Source of the DNA: Gammaproteobacteria bacterium
Lineage (GTDB): Bacteria > Pseudomonadota > Gammaproteobacteria > SZUA-152
DNA length: 64,000 nt
Assembly: GCA_021647505.1 (NCBI GenBank)
Contig: JAKIUN010000002.1
Coordinates: 54,158 to 118,157, forward strand
Direction of reading: 5' to 3'
Under the pieces are notes generated by a model. The model saw nothing but the letters and a program-made list of their open reading frames with translations, ran no database searches and was not told the DNA's origin. Shown here one piece after another: positions 41,757 to 50,564 of the stretch; position 1 is the first letter of the stretch; every line of letters starts with the position of its first letter. Both the position numbers and the translations under genes were made by a program.

Positions 41757-41810
41757 GGATTCAGCATTGAAAAGGATTCAGCATTGAAAAGGATTCAGCA
41801 TTGAAAAAGA
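41757..41810. repeat. 3 tandem 18-bp repeats (ggattcagcattgaaaag)
   Basis: Read directly; 50 bp upstream of bcsG ATG. Confidence 0.9.
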
Positions 41811-41859
41811 GCAACTTGTACCTTGTGCTTGTTCCCTTACTTTGTTTTTTTTGGTACTA

Positions 41860-43614
41860 ATGCCAGCAACATCTCGGCCTTTAAAGGAATCTTCTAAAAC
41901 ATCGACTAATTCCAGTTCAAAGGTCACAGAACAGCAGGCTCCCGCGCACTCAGATGCCGTAACGGATCAGAAAAAAGGTTTTCCCTCGACCCTGGACTAC
42001 ATGGGTCTCGGCGCCTGGAATATTTATTTTCTTGCCAAGTTCTTTTTATTCTGGCAGCACTATATCGGCTTTCACCCTTTAGAGAATCTGGCATTCGCCG
42101 CTTTCCTGCTAATGCCCGTCAGATCTGCTACGGGTCGTTTTCTTCGCCAAGTGGTGGCGTTTCCTGCCGGTGTGGCGCTGCTTTACTACGATTCCTGGCT
42201 GCCTCCAGTGGCGCGGGTGCTCAATCAAGCCGACAACATGAAGGGGTTTAGTTCTACCTATCTTCTTGAGCTTGTGGGACGCTTTTTCGATGTACAGGTA
42301 GTAGCGGCACTGATTCTGATTTGGGCTGTCACGCGGATTATTTCCCGGTATTTGCGTATCGGAACGCTGGTTACCGTTACGCTTGCCTCCATGGTGATCT
42401 GGAGTACCCTGAAACAAGAGGATGTTTCCATGCCGTCTGTCTCCGTTACCAGTATCTCTCCGGCTGTTTTTGGCGCGGAGGCTACACCTTCTTCCGCCAA
42501 AAACGGCGATAGCCAAGATTCACTGAATGCAGTGCTGGAAAACTTTTATCACGAGGAAGCGAAGCGAAAAGTGAACTTTATAGCGCCAGCATCGGCTGCC
42601 GCGCCGTTCGATGTATTATTTCTGCACATTTGCTCACTTTCCTGGGATGATCTTGAGTTTACCGGGCTGAGCACGCACCCGCTGTTCGACCGTTTTGATC
42701 TGCTTTTCACCAACTTCAACAGTGCATCCTCCTACAGTGGCCCCGCCATGGTGCACCTGCTGCGAGCCACTTGTGGCCAATCCAGTCACCACGATCTGTA
42801 CCAGACAGCGCCGGGACACTGCTATCTGTTCCAAAATCTTGCCCAAGCCGGCTTTTCACCCCAGGTTGCACTGAATCATGACGGTCATTTTGACGGCTTT
42901 CTTGAGGTAATGCGGGAGCAAGGCAAGCTGAACGCCACACCCCTGTCACTGGATGGGATAGAAATCGCACAGCGATCTTTCGACGACTCGCCGATTCATG
43001 CTGATCTGCAAGTATTGAACCGCTGGCTGGAGCAACGCCAGCAAAGCATGAAGCCCAAGGTTGCCGCCTACTACAATACCATCAGCCTGCATGACGGCAA
43101 CCGCCTGGTCACCGGCCCCGGCAGCAAACTGAGCAGCCTGAAAAGCTATCCCCAGCGGCTGCGGACGTTACTGGATGATCTTGAGGCATTCCTGCGCCAA
43201 GTCGAGGCATCAGGGCGCCAGATGGTGGTAGTGCTGGCTCCGGAACACGGCGCGGCCCTCCGCGGAGACCGGATGCAGATCGCGGGTATGCGCGAGATTC
43301 CCAGCCCGGCCATTACCCGAGTGCCGGCTGCCATCGCAGTGATTGGCCCCAACCTGAAACGCAAGGGTAGGCAGGTACGAAACGATGCTCCGGTAAGCTA
43401 TCTGGCCATCAGCCATGTGATCGAGCAGGTGTTGCAGGAAGATGTCTTCGGTAACAGCAGTTTTGATCCCGCCAGGCTGGTGACGAACCTGCCGCAAACG
43501 GCCTTCGTTGCCGAGAACGAAGGCACGGTGGTGATGCGTTATGGTGACCAATACTACCTGCGCCTCGGAAAAGAAGACTGGAGCAAGTATCCCGTAGCGG
43601 AACTCCGGCCATGA
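41860..43614 (+). CDS. bcsG: cellulose biosynthesis protein BcsG (phosphoethanolamine transferase-like)
   Basis: Strong similarity to E. coli BcsG along full length (GLGAWNIYFLAKFFLFW, FHPLENLAFAAFLLMP, NFYHEEAKRK, FDVLFLHICSLSWDDLE, NFNSASSYSGPAMVHLLRATCGQSSH, YNTISLHDGN, MVVVLAPEHGAALRGDRMQIAGMREIPSPAIT). ATG at 41860 chosen; upstream TTG possible. Confidence 0.85.
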   Translation: MPATSRPLKESSKTSTNSSSKVTEQQAPAHSDAVTDQKKGFPSTLDYMGLGAWNIYFLAKFFLFWQHYIGFHPLENLAFAAFLLMPVRSATGRFLRQVVAFPAGVALLYYDSWLPPVARVLNQADNMKGFSSTYLLELVGRFFDVQVVAALILIWAVTRIISRYLRIGTLVTVTLASMVIWSTLKQEDVSMPSVSVTSISPAVFGAEATPSSAKNGDSQDSLNAVLENFYHEEAKRKVNFIAPASAAAPFDVLFLHICSLSWDDLEFTGLSTHPLFDRFDLLFTNFNSASSYSGPAMVHLLRATCGQSSHHDLYQTAPGHCYLFQNLAQAGFSPQVALNHDGHFDGFLEVMREQGKLNATPLSLDGIEIAQRSFDDSPIHADLQVLNRWLEQRQQSMKPKVAAYYNTISLHDGNRLVTGPGSKLSSLKSYPQRLRTLLDDLEAFLRQVEASGRQMVVVLAPEHGAALRGDRMQIAGMREIPSPAITRVPAAIAVIGPNLKRKGRQVRNDAPVSYLAISHVIEQVLQEDVFGNSSFDPARLVTNLPQTAFVAENEGTVVMRYGDQYYLRLGKEDWSKYPVAELRP

Positions 43615-44540
43615 ATCATGAGAGAGACAACATCCCCGGGAGCGAGCGGCTGCGGGAAGATATTTGTGGCCTGCTGCGCAACACCCAGGGACTAAGCAAC
43701 TACCACGAACTGCGCCACTGCGATGAGATCCAGGAAATACTGCAGCGCTGGCCCTTGTTGGATCTGAAAACAGAGCAGCAAACTCGATCTGCCAATTTGC
43801 CGTCAGCCCATAAACGGCCTGTCAACGTGACCCTGGTCACCGGTGCCGTAAGTGGCGTGGGAACCACGACCGTGGTGGCCAACTTGGCCAGGGCGTTGCA
43901 GCAGCAAGGCAGGAAAGTGATGGTGGCAGATCTTTCTTGCCGCCAAGATCTGTATTTTCACCTGGGCGGGGCGTCTGCAGTACCCGCTAACGATAGCGAT
44001 GCGGGCCATCGTATTTCCTTGCTCTCTGACCCAGAGGATCCTGGTGATGTCCAGGATGTCCCACGGGCAGCATCGCCCTGGTTGGCAGACCAGCTATCAA
44101 CACTCCCGGTCAATGTGATCGACCACTTGTTGATCGATTGCCCATGGCATGCCCAGGTTGCGTTTCAGCAGGCATGCGCGTTGGCCGGACGTATCCTGCT
44201 GGTGACCACCGCCGAGCAGCCCATCACTTTCCATCAGATTGGCCTCGCCCTGGCCCATGTGACTTCAGCGAGCCAGCCGGACACCATCAACACTCACCTG
44301 TTGATCAACCGGTTCAATTTTGCCGTACCGCTGCAACGGGATATCCATACGCTGTTGCACAGCAGGCCCCCCATCGCGCTGGTGCCAGCAGAAATACCCC
44401 ACGAAAGCCGCATTGCCGACAGCCTCGCCCGGCTGCGAGACATTGTGTCTCTCGTTCCTGGTTGCGCGGCGACCCACAGGTTCCACCTCTTGGGAAATTG
44501 GTTGATTGATCAAGCCACACAGCAGGGAAAGACGGTTTAG
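43611..44540 (+). CDS. bcsQ: cellulose synthase operon protein BcsQ (MinD/ParA-family ATPase) with ~65-aa N-terminal BcsR-like extension
   Basis: Deviant Walker A (TLVTGAVSGVGTTTVVANLARAL) and YhjQ-like body; N-terminal 60-70 aa not part of canonical BcsQ, possibly a fused BcsR. Confidence 0.75.
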   Translation: MNHERDNIPGSERLREDICGLLRNTQGLSNYHELRHCDEIQEILQRWPLLDLKTEQQTRSANLPSAHKRPVNVTLVTGAVSGVGTTTVVANLARALQQQGRKVMVADLSCRQDLYFHLGGASAVPANDSDAGHRISLLSDPEDPGDVQDVPRAASPWLADQLSTLPVNVIDHLLIDCPWHAQVAFQQACALAGRILLVTTAEQPITFHQIGLALAHVTSASQPDTINTHLLINRFNFAVPLQRDIHTLLHSRPPIALVPAEIPHESRIADSLARLRDIVSLVPGCAATHRFHLLGNWLIDQATQQGKTV

Positions 44541-47104
44541 TGAAAAATGGCAGCCCTGCTGAAGGAACAGCGATACCGATGAATTCTGACTCAAATCGCC
44601 ATTCCAACACCGTCAGCCACCGGTCACTGTTGTTCCGGATGCCCCGCGGCTTTTTCCGGGAGCGAATCGCACCACTGTTCCCCCATGTGGATTTTCGCAA
44701 CCTCCGGCCCACAGATCTAATCCGCATCCTGCTGCAGGCACTATGGCTGGCAGTGTTTCGGCAAAACCCCCCGTCATTCCGGCCATCTGTGCGTGTCCGC
44801 TGGCTTCGCCAGCGCATGAAACAGGGGGGCAAGCGCCTGATCCGGCTGATACCCGGCGGCTTACACCAAAAACTGTCTTGGACGCACTTTCGTAAACCAT
44901 TAGAGGCTATCGCCGGACATGATCTGCGTTGGAGCCGACCGCTAGGTCTGGCCGCCTACCTGCTAGCGGCCGGCATCCTCGTGATTGCCATCATTACCCC
45001 GTTCAGCTTGCTCAGCCAGCTGGTGTTCATGGTGCTACTGTGGTTGATCGCCCTCTCGATCCAGCGTATTCCCGGAAATCTGGCCACCTTGATACTGGTC
45101 GTACTCTCTGTCATCGCCTCTAGCCGGTATCTCTGGTGGCGCATTAACTATACCCTCAACTGGGATGACCTCATTGACCTGACGTTGGGCCTTGGCCTGC
45201 TGGCCGCCGAGTTGTTTGCCTGGCTGGTGCTGATACTTGGCTATTTTCAGACCGCCCGACCCTTGCAGCGCCGACCGGTGGAACTTCCCGCAAATCCAGC
45301 GCAGTGGCCAACCGTCGACGTATTCATTCCAACCTACAATGAACCACTGGAGGTGGTTAAACCGACGGTATATGCCGCATTGGGCATGGACTGGCCCAAG
45401 GAAAAGCTCAACGTCTATCTGCTGGATGATGGACGGCGACCGGCATTTCGCCAGTTCGCACAGGAAGCAGGTGTCATTTACATGACACGCCCGGACAACA
45501 GTCATGCCAAGGCAGGCAATCTCAACCATGCCCTGGCCAGAAGCAAAGGTAAATTCGTCGCTATTTTTGATTGCGACCATGTCCCCACCCGCTCTTTCCT
45601 ACAGGTGAACATGGGCTGGTTTCTGCGTGATCCCAAACTGGCGTTAATGCAAACACCTCATCATTTCTTCTCTCCAGACCCTTTTGAGCGAAATCTGAAC
45701 AATTTCCGTACCGTGCCCAACGAAAACGCGCTTTTCTACGGACTCGTGCAAGGTGGCAACGACCTGTGGAACGCTACCTTTTTCTGTGGCTCCTGCGCAG
45801 TGCTTCGGCGCAAGCCGTTGGAAGAGATTGGCGGTATTGCCGTAGAAACCGTCACTGAAGATGCACATACCGCCCTGCGTCTGCACCGTCTCGGCTACAA
45901 TTCCGCCTATCTCAAGATCCCCCAGGCAGCCGGGCTGGCAACCGAGAGTTTCGCGGCCCACGTCGGTCAGCGCATCCGCTGGGCGCGCGGCATGGCACAG
46001 ATACTCCGCCTCGACAATCCGCTACTGGGCAAGGGCCTGAGCATATGGCAGCGTCTGTGCTACGGCAACGCGATGCTGCATTTCCTGTCAGGGATACCCC
46101 GTCTGGTCTTTCTCAGTGCGCCACTCGCATTTTTGCTCCTGCATGCCTACATTATCTACGCACCGGCGCTGCTGATACTGCTCTATGTGGCGCCACATCT
46201 CATTCACGCCAGCATCACCAACTCCCGTATCCAGGGAAAATACCGCTACTCTTTCTGGGCCGAGATCTACGAAACCGCCCTCGCCTGGTATATTGCCCGT
46301 CCGACCACCACGGCGCTCATCGCCCCTCACAAGGGCAGCTTCAATGTCACCGCCAAAGGCGGCCTGATCGCCGAAGAACATTTCGACTGGCGTATCTCCA
46401 AGCCATTTCTTGTCCTGATTGTACTGAATCTGCTGGGTATTATCGTAGGACTGGGACGTTTGGTTGGAGGCCCTGACCATGAAGTGGGCACTGTACTTCT
46501 CAACCTTGCCTGGGCCAGTTACAACCTGCTGATTCTGGGGGCCGCCCTTGGCGTGGCCATGGAAGCCCGGCAGGTGCGCCGTGCACATCGTGTCGATTTC
46601 CTTTTGCCAGCGGCACTGCTACTGCCAAACGGTCAGCACCTGCTGGCAGAGGTACAGAACTTCTCGCTTGACGGCATGAGTCTGTCTTGCAAGGAAGACG
46701 GTGATCTGAAAATCGGCGCATCCGTGCAGGTGTCATTACGTCCTGGTCTGCGCAGTTATGCTTTCCCGGCCACCTTGGTGCGCCTTGAAGGCAACTCACT
46801 TGGATTACAGTTCCAGAAATTGACGCCCCAACAGGAAGCAGACCTGGTGAAATGCACCTTTGGGCGGGCGGATATCTGGATGGACTGGGCCGCCAACAGG
46901 CCACATGACCGTCCTCTTCGCAGTCTAAAAGCAGTGATGTTGAAAGGCATGGAGGGCTATCAGCGCCTGTTTCATTGGGCCCTTCCATCCCATGCCCAGC
47001 CTCTGATCAGGCAGACACGCAGCCTGCTTAAGTATTTCTCCACCTATCTGCCGCGCCGTCCAGCGGTTCAGTCCCATCGCGCGACCTTAAGGAAGGCCCC
47101 ATGA
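44540..47104 (+). CDS. bcsA: cellulose synthase catalytic subunit BcsA (UDP-forming), C-terminal PilZ domain
   Basis: GT2 motifs (DDG, DCDH, TED, QRIRWARG) and PilZ (RRAHRV…DGMSLS); start either GTG at 44540 or ATG at 44579. Confidence 0.9.
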   Translation: MKNGSPAEGTAIPMNSDSNRHSNTVSHRSLLFRMPRGFFRERIAPLFPHVDFRNLRPTDLIRILLQALWLAVFRQNPPSFRPSVRVRWLRQRMKQGGKRLIRLIPGGLHQKLSWTHFRKPLEAIAGHDLRWSRPLGLAAYLLAAGILVIAIITPFSLLSQLVFMVLLWLIALSIQRIPGNLATLILVVLSVIASSRYLWWRINYTLNWDDLIDLTLGLGLLAAELFAWLVLILGYFQTARPLQRRPVELPANPAQWPTVDVFIPTYNEPLEVVKPTVYAALGMDWPKEKLNVYLLDDGRRPAFRQFAQEAGVIYMTRPDNSHAKAGNLNHALARSKGKFVAIFDCDHVPTRSFLQVNMGWFLRDPKLALMQTPHHFFSPDPFERNLNNFRTVPNENALFYGLVQGGNDLWNATFFCGSCAVLRRKPLEEIGGIAVETVTEDAHTALRLHRLGYNSAYLKIPQAAGLATESFAAHVGQRIRWARGMAQILRLDNPLLGKGLSIWQRLCYGNAMLHFLSGIPRLVFLSAPLAFLLLHAYIIYAPALLILLYVAPHLIHASITNSRIQGKYRYSFWAEIYETALAWYIARPTTTALIAPHKGSFNVTAKGGLIAEEHFDWRISKPFLVLIVLNLLGIIVGLGRLVGGPDHEVGTVLLNLAWASYNLLILGAALGVAMEARQVRRAHRVDFLLPAALLLPNGQHLLAEVQNFSLDGMSLSCKEDGDLKIGASVQVSLRPGLRSYAFPATLVRLEGNSLGLQFQKLTPQQEADLVKCTFGRADIWMDWAANRPHDRPLRSLKAVMLKGMEGYQRLFHWALPSHAQPLIRQTRSLLKYFSTYLPRRPAVQSHRATLRKAP

Positions 47105-49392
47105 AGACAGGACGATTACTCTCCTTTTTAACCTTGTTCCTCTTAACCTTATTCCTCTGTCTGTGGAGCATGCAGATACCTGCCAAGACGACGCCGGCGG
47201 GTGCAGCACAGCAGGACACGCCGACAAACTCGCAGAATTTGCCGGCAACACAACGCAGCTATACCTTTGAGGAACTCGGCGCCAGCCACCCCCTGACCCT
47301 GAGCGGCTCCAGCGGTAGCATGGCGCTTTCTTTCGGTGTACACGGTGATGAACTGGTCACTGCGGCCCGGGCGCGAATTACCTATACCTACTCGCCATCA
47401 TTGCTGCCGCATCTTTCGCACATCAAGGTAATACTGAACGATGAGGTACTGGCAACGCTGTCCCTGCCTCAGGAAGAGGCAGGGCAACCAGCCACCCGTG
47501 AAATCGCTCTTGACCCACGCTTTCTGTCCGATTTCAATCGCCTGAGATTCGAGATGGTAGGTCATTACCAGACCGGATGCGAAGACCCGTTCCACTCCAG
47601 TCTGTGGGCACGCATTAGCAATCAGAGTGAATTATTGCTTGAGATTCAGCCAGTAAAGCAGGCAGTGAACCTTGCCGACTTCCCCGAGCCTTTCTTCGAC
47701 CCGAGAAACCTGCATCGCCTGTCTCTGCCTTTCGTGTTTGCTGATGGGGCGGGTCACGAAACCCTGGCGGCAGCGGCAGAACTTGCCTCCTGGTTTGGCA
47801 TCCAGGCCGCCTGGCGTGGCGCCCGTTTCGATGTGCTGATTGACCAGATGCCGGAACGCTATGGCATGGTATTCGCCACCAACGAAAAGCGGCCTGCTTT
47901 TCTCGCACAGCAGGCGCCGGTGACTGGCCCCACGCTTGCCCTCATTGAGCACCCGAACAACTCCTGGGGCAAATTGTTGCTAATCATGGGGCGCAACGAA
48001 GCAGACCTGCGCATGGCGGTGCATGGACTCGTGCTGGGGGAGGCCACCCTTTCCGGCACCACCGTCGAAATCCGCGACTTTGTGCTGCTGAAGGAGCGCA
48101 AACCCTACGATGCTCCCAGCTGGATACGTCTGGACCGTCCCGTGAAGCTCGGTGAACTGATCGAAAACCGCCAGGAGTTACAGGCTGCCGGACGCCAACC
48201 TGGCGCCATCGACATCGAATTGCGTATCCCTGATGACCTGTTTACCTGGCGCAGCGCCGGTATTCCGCTGAAACTGAAATACCGCTACTCCGCACCACTG
48301 AAGGAAGATGAATCACGCCTTACCGTGAAGCTCAACGACCAGTTTCTCACTGCCTTCAATCTGGCGGATGGCCGAGGAGGACTCAAGGAGGGAGTCACCA
48401 TTCCCCTGTTTGGCGAGCTGTTGAGCAACACCAATGAAGTGCTGTTGCCCTCATTTGGCCTACGTCACCGCAACCAGTTGCAGTTGCAGTTTTCCTTTGG
48501 CCACCACCAAAATAGTGGCTGCGGCAGTTACAACCTGGATAACATGCAAGCCGCCATCGACGATGACTCGGTGATCGATCTCCGCGGTTTCTCCCACTAC
48601 ACCGCACTGCCAAATTTACGTTTCTTTGCCAATTCCGGCTACCCCTTCACCCGTCTGGCAGACCAGTCTGAAACCGTTGCGGTCATCGCTGCGGAACCTC
48701 AGGCTGATGAGATCAGCACTCTGTTGACACTGGCCGGTCGCCTGGGTGAATCCACAGGGTATCCCGCTACCCGATTGCAGGTTGTGCCACCAACCGCAAC
48801 GGAAAAACTTCAGAACCGGGAGATACTAATTATCGGCAGCCGCGCCGCCCAGCCTCTGATGGAACACTGGGGAGTGGATCCCGCATCCAAACTGGGTGAG
48901 CAGGGAACTATCAGCACCCCCGCGCTGGCGGTAAACCCACGCTATGACTGGTTCGGTTTCGGCACAGCCCCGATTTTGTCACCGATCACGCAAATCACTA
49001 CCCGCGCCAATGGGCCATTGGCTGCAATTGTAGCCTTTGAATCTCCGCTCAGCGCCGGCCGCAGCGTTGTAGCGTTCATGTCGAACATCCCTGGTAGCTT
49101 GTTGTCGCTACTTGATGCGCTGGAAAACCCGGATACCGCATTAGCAATAAATGGCAGTGCGGTTTTTGTCCGTGACGGAAAGGTAACCAGCAGTAGCAGC
49201 ACCTTGGTGGGCCAAAGCTATTTTGTTGGCGACCTGTCCCTGTGGAGCCGTGTTCACTTTTTCTTTTCACGCCATCCGCTACTGCTGATTTTCCTTACTG
49301 TCGGAGCAACCCTGATCATGGCGTTCGCCCTGTGGCGTACCCTCAAGGGCGTCGCCCGGCGACGCATGGAGGTGGGAGAAAGGAGCCCATGA
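47101..49392 (+). CDS. bcsB: cellulose synthase regulatory (periplasmic) subunit BcsB
   Basis: 763 aa, signal peptide, C-terminal TM anchor, BcsB-family similarity; ATGA overlaps with bcsA stop and bcsZ start. Confidence 0.85.
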   Translation: MKTGRLLSFLTLFLLTLFLCLWSMQIPAKTTPAGAAQQDTPTNSQNLPATQRSYTFEELGASHPLTLSGSSGSMALSFGVHGDELVTAARARITYTYSPSLLPHLSHIKVILNDEVLATLSLPQEEAGQPATREIALDPRFLSDFNRLRFEMVGHYQTGCEDPFHSSLWARISNQSELLLEIQPVKQAVNLADFPEPFFDPRNLHRLSLPFVFADGAGHETLAAAAELASWFGIQAAWRGARFDVLIDQMPERYGMVFATNEKRPAFLAQQAPVTGPTLALIEHPNNSWGKLLLIMGRNEADLRMAVHGLVLGEATLSGTTVEIRDFVLLKERKPYDAPSWIRLDRPVKLGELIENRQELQAAGRQPGAIDIELRIPDDLFTWRSAGIPLKLKYRYSAPLKEDESRLTVKLNDQFLTAFNLADGRGGLKEGVTIPLFGELLSNTNEVLLPSFGLRHRNQLQLQFSFGHHQNSGCGSYNLDNMQAAIDDDSVIDLRGFSHYTALPNLRFFANSGYPFTRLADQSETVAVIAAEPQADEISTLLTLAGRLGESTGYPATRLQVVPPTATEKLQNREILIIGSRAAQPLMEHWGVDPASKLGEQGTISTPALAVNPRYDWFGFGTAPILSPITQITTRANGPLAAIVAFESPLSAGRSVVAFMSNIPGSLLSLLDALENPDTALAINGSAVFVRDGKVTSSSSTLVGQSYFVGDLSLWSRVHFFFSRHPLLLIFLTVGATLIMAFALWRTLKGVARRRMEVGERSP

Positions 49393-50564
49393 TGCGAAAT
49401 ACCAGAGAAACACTGACTCGACAATATAGAGTGGTTGCTGCACTAGGGTGTTCCCTGTTGCTGCTGGCCTGGCTAACGCCGGCTGCGGCTGCGGCCTGCC
49501 CGCCCTGGCCTTTGTGGCAAAGCTTCCAGTATCATTTGCTGAGCGAAGATGGCAGAGTGATCGACTACCATACTCCCGCGCAGCATTCCACTTCCGAGGG
49601 GCAGTCCTATGCACTGTTCATGGCGCTGGTAAACAATGACCAGAAGCTTTTCGACCTGCTGCTGCGCTGGACCGAGAACAACCTCGCACACGGCAGTCTC
49701 GAAGCCCATTTGCCTGCCTGGCAGTGGGGACGCAAGAAAGATGGCGACTGGGGAGTGATCGATACCAACAGCGCCAGCGATGCAGACCTCTGGATAGCAT
49801 ACGGCCTGGCCGAGGCAGGACGCCTCTGGCGCAGACCAGACCTGACGAAAATGGCCAAATCCCTGGCCAGGCGCATCCTGAAGGAGGAAAGCCAACGCCT
49901 GCCCGGCCTGGGATTGATGCTGCTTCCTGGGATCCGGGGGTTTGCCCTGCAAGCGGGGCGCTGGCGCCTCAACCCCAGCTATCTACCACTACAATTGCTG
50001 CGGCGGATGGAGACATTGCAACCAGGCGCAGGCTGGCGGGAAATACTGGAAAACACGGTTACCATGCTGCACGCCAGCGGTAACGGCTTCATCCCAGACT
50101 GGATCATCTATGATGCCCGGCTTGGCTTCCTTCCCGATGAGGTGCATGGCGCCAGTGGCAGCTATGGCGCCATTCGCAACTATTTGTGGGTTGGAATGCT
50201 CTCACCGGACGAACCCCTGCGGCTGCCGCTACTACAGCTTATGCGCCCCATGGCGGAACGGGTGAAACAACTCGGTGCCCCTCCCCGTAACATCAATACC
50301 AAAACCGGGCAATCCAGCGGTCTTGGATCGCCCGGGTTCTCCGCATCCCTGATGCCACTGCTGAAAGCCCTGAAGTACCCCCAGGAACTCGCACTGCTAC
50401 AAGGCCAGACACAGCGGATTCTGCAACATCCGAACCACTATTATGATCAGGTTCTGGCGCTATTTGCCTTGGGTTGGATGGAAGGACGCTACCAATTCGG
50501 CCGCGATGGCAGGCTGCAACCCCTCTGGAAGTCATCATGTACGGAAAACTCAAGTCATTCCTGA
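49389..50564 (+). CDS. bcsZ: endo-1,4-beta-glucanase BcsZ (glycoside hydrolase family 8)
   Basis: Signal peptide then GH8 core (SEGQSYALFMALV, DADLWIAYGL); start reset to MMRNTRE (RBS GGAGAAAGGAG upstream) rather than ORF-tool start inside bcsB. Confidence 0.85.
   Translation: MMRNTRETLTRQYRVVAALGCSLLLLAWLTPAAAAACPPWPLWQSFQYHLLSEDGRVIDYHTPAQHSTSEGQSYALFMALVNNDQKLFDLLLRWTENNLAHGSLEAHLPAWQWGRKKDGDWGVIDTNSASDADLWIAYGLAEAGRLWRRPDLTKMAKSLARRILKEESQRLPGLGLMLLPGIRGFALQAGRWRLNPSYLPLQLLRRMETLQPGAGWREILENTVTMLHASGNGFIPDWIIYDARLGFLPDEVHGASGSYGAIRNYLWVGMLSPDEPLRLPLLQLMRPMAERVKQLGAPPRNINTKTGQSSGLGSPGFSASLMPLLKALKYPQELALLQGQTQRILQHPNHYYDQVLALFALGWMEGRYQFGRDGRLQPLWKSSCTENSSHS

Noticed and set aside
44540-44579. 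Alternative ATG start for bcsA at 44579
   Set aside because: Not rejected outright: the GTG at 44540 gives stop-start overlap with bcsQ, the ATG at 44579 has a better Shine-Dalgarno (AAGGAA). Left unresolved; feature given with the longer span.
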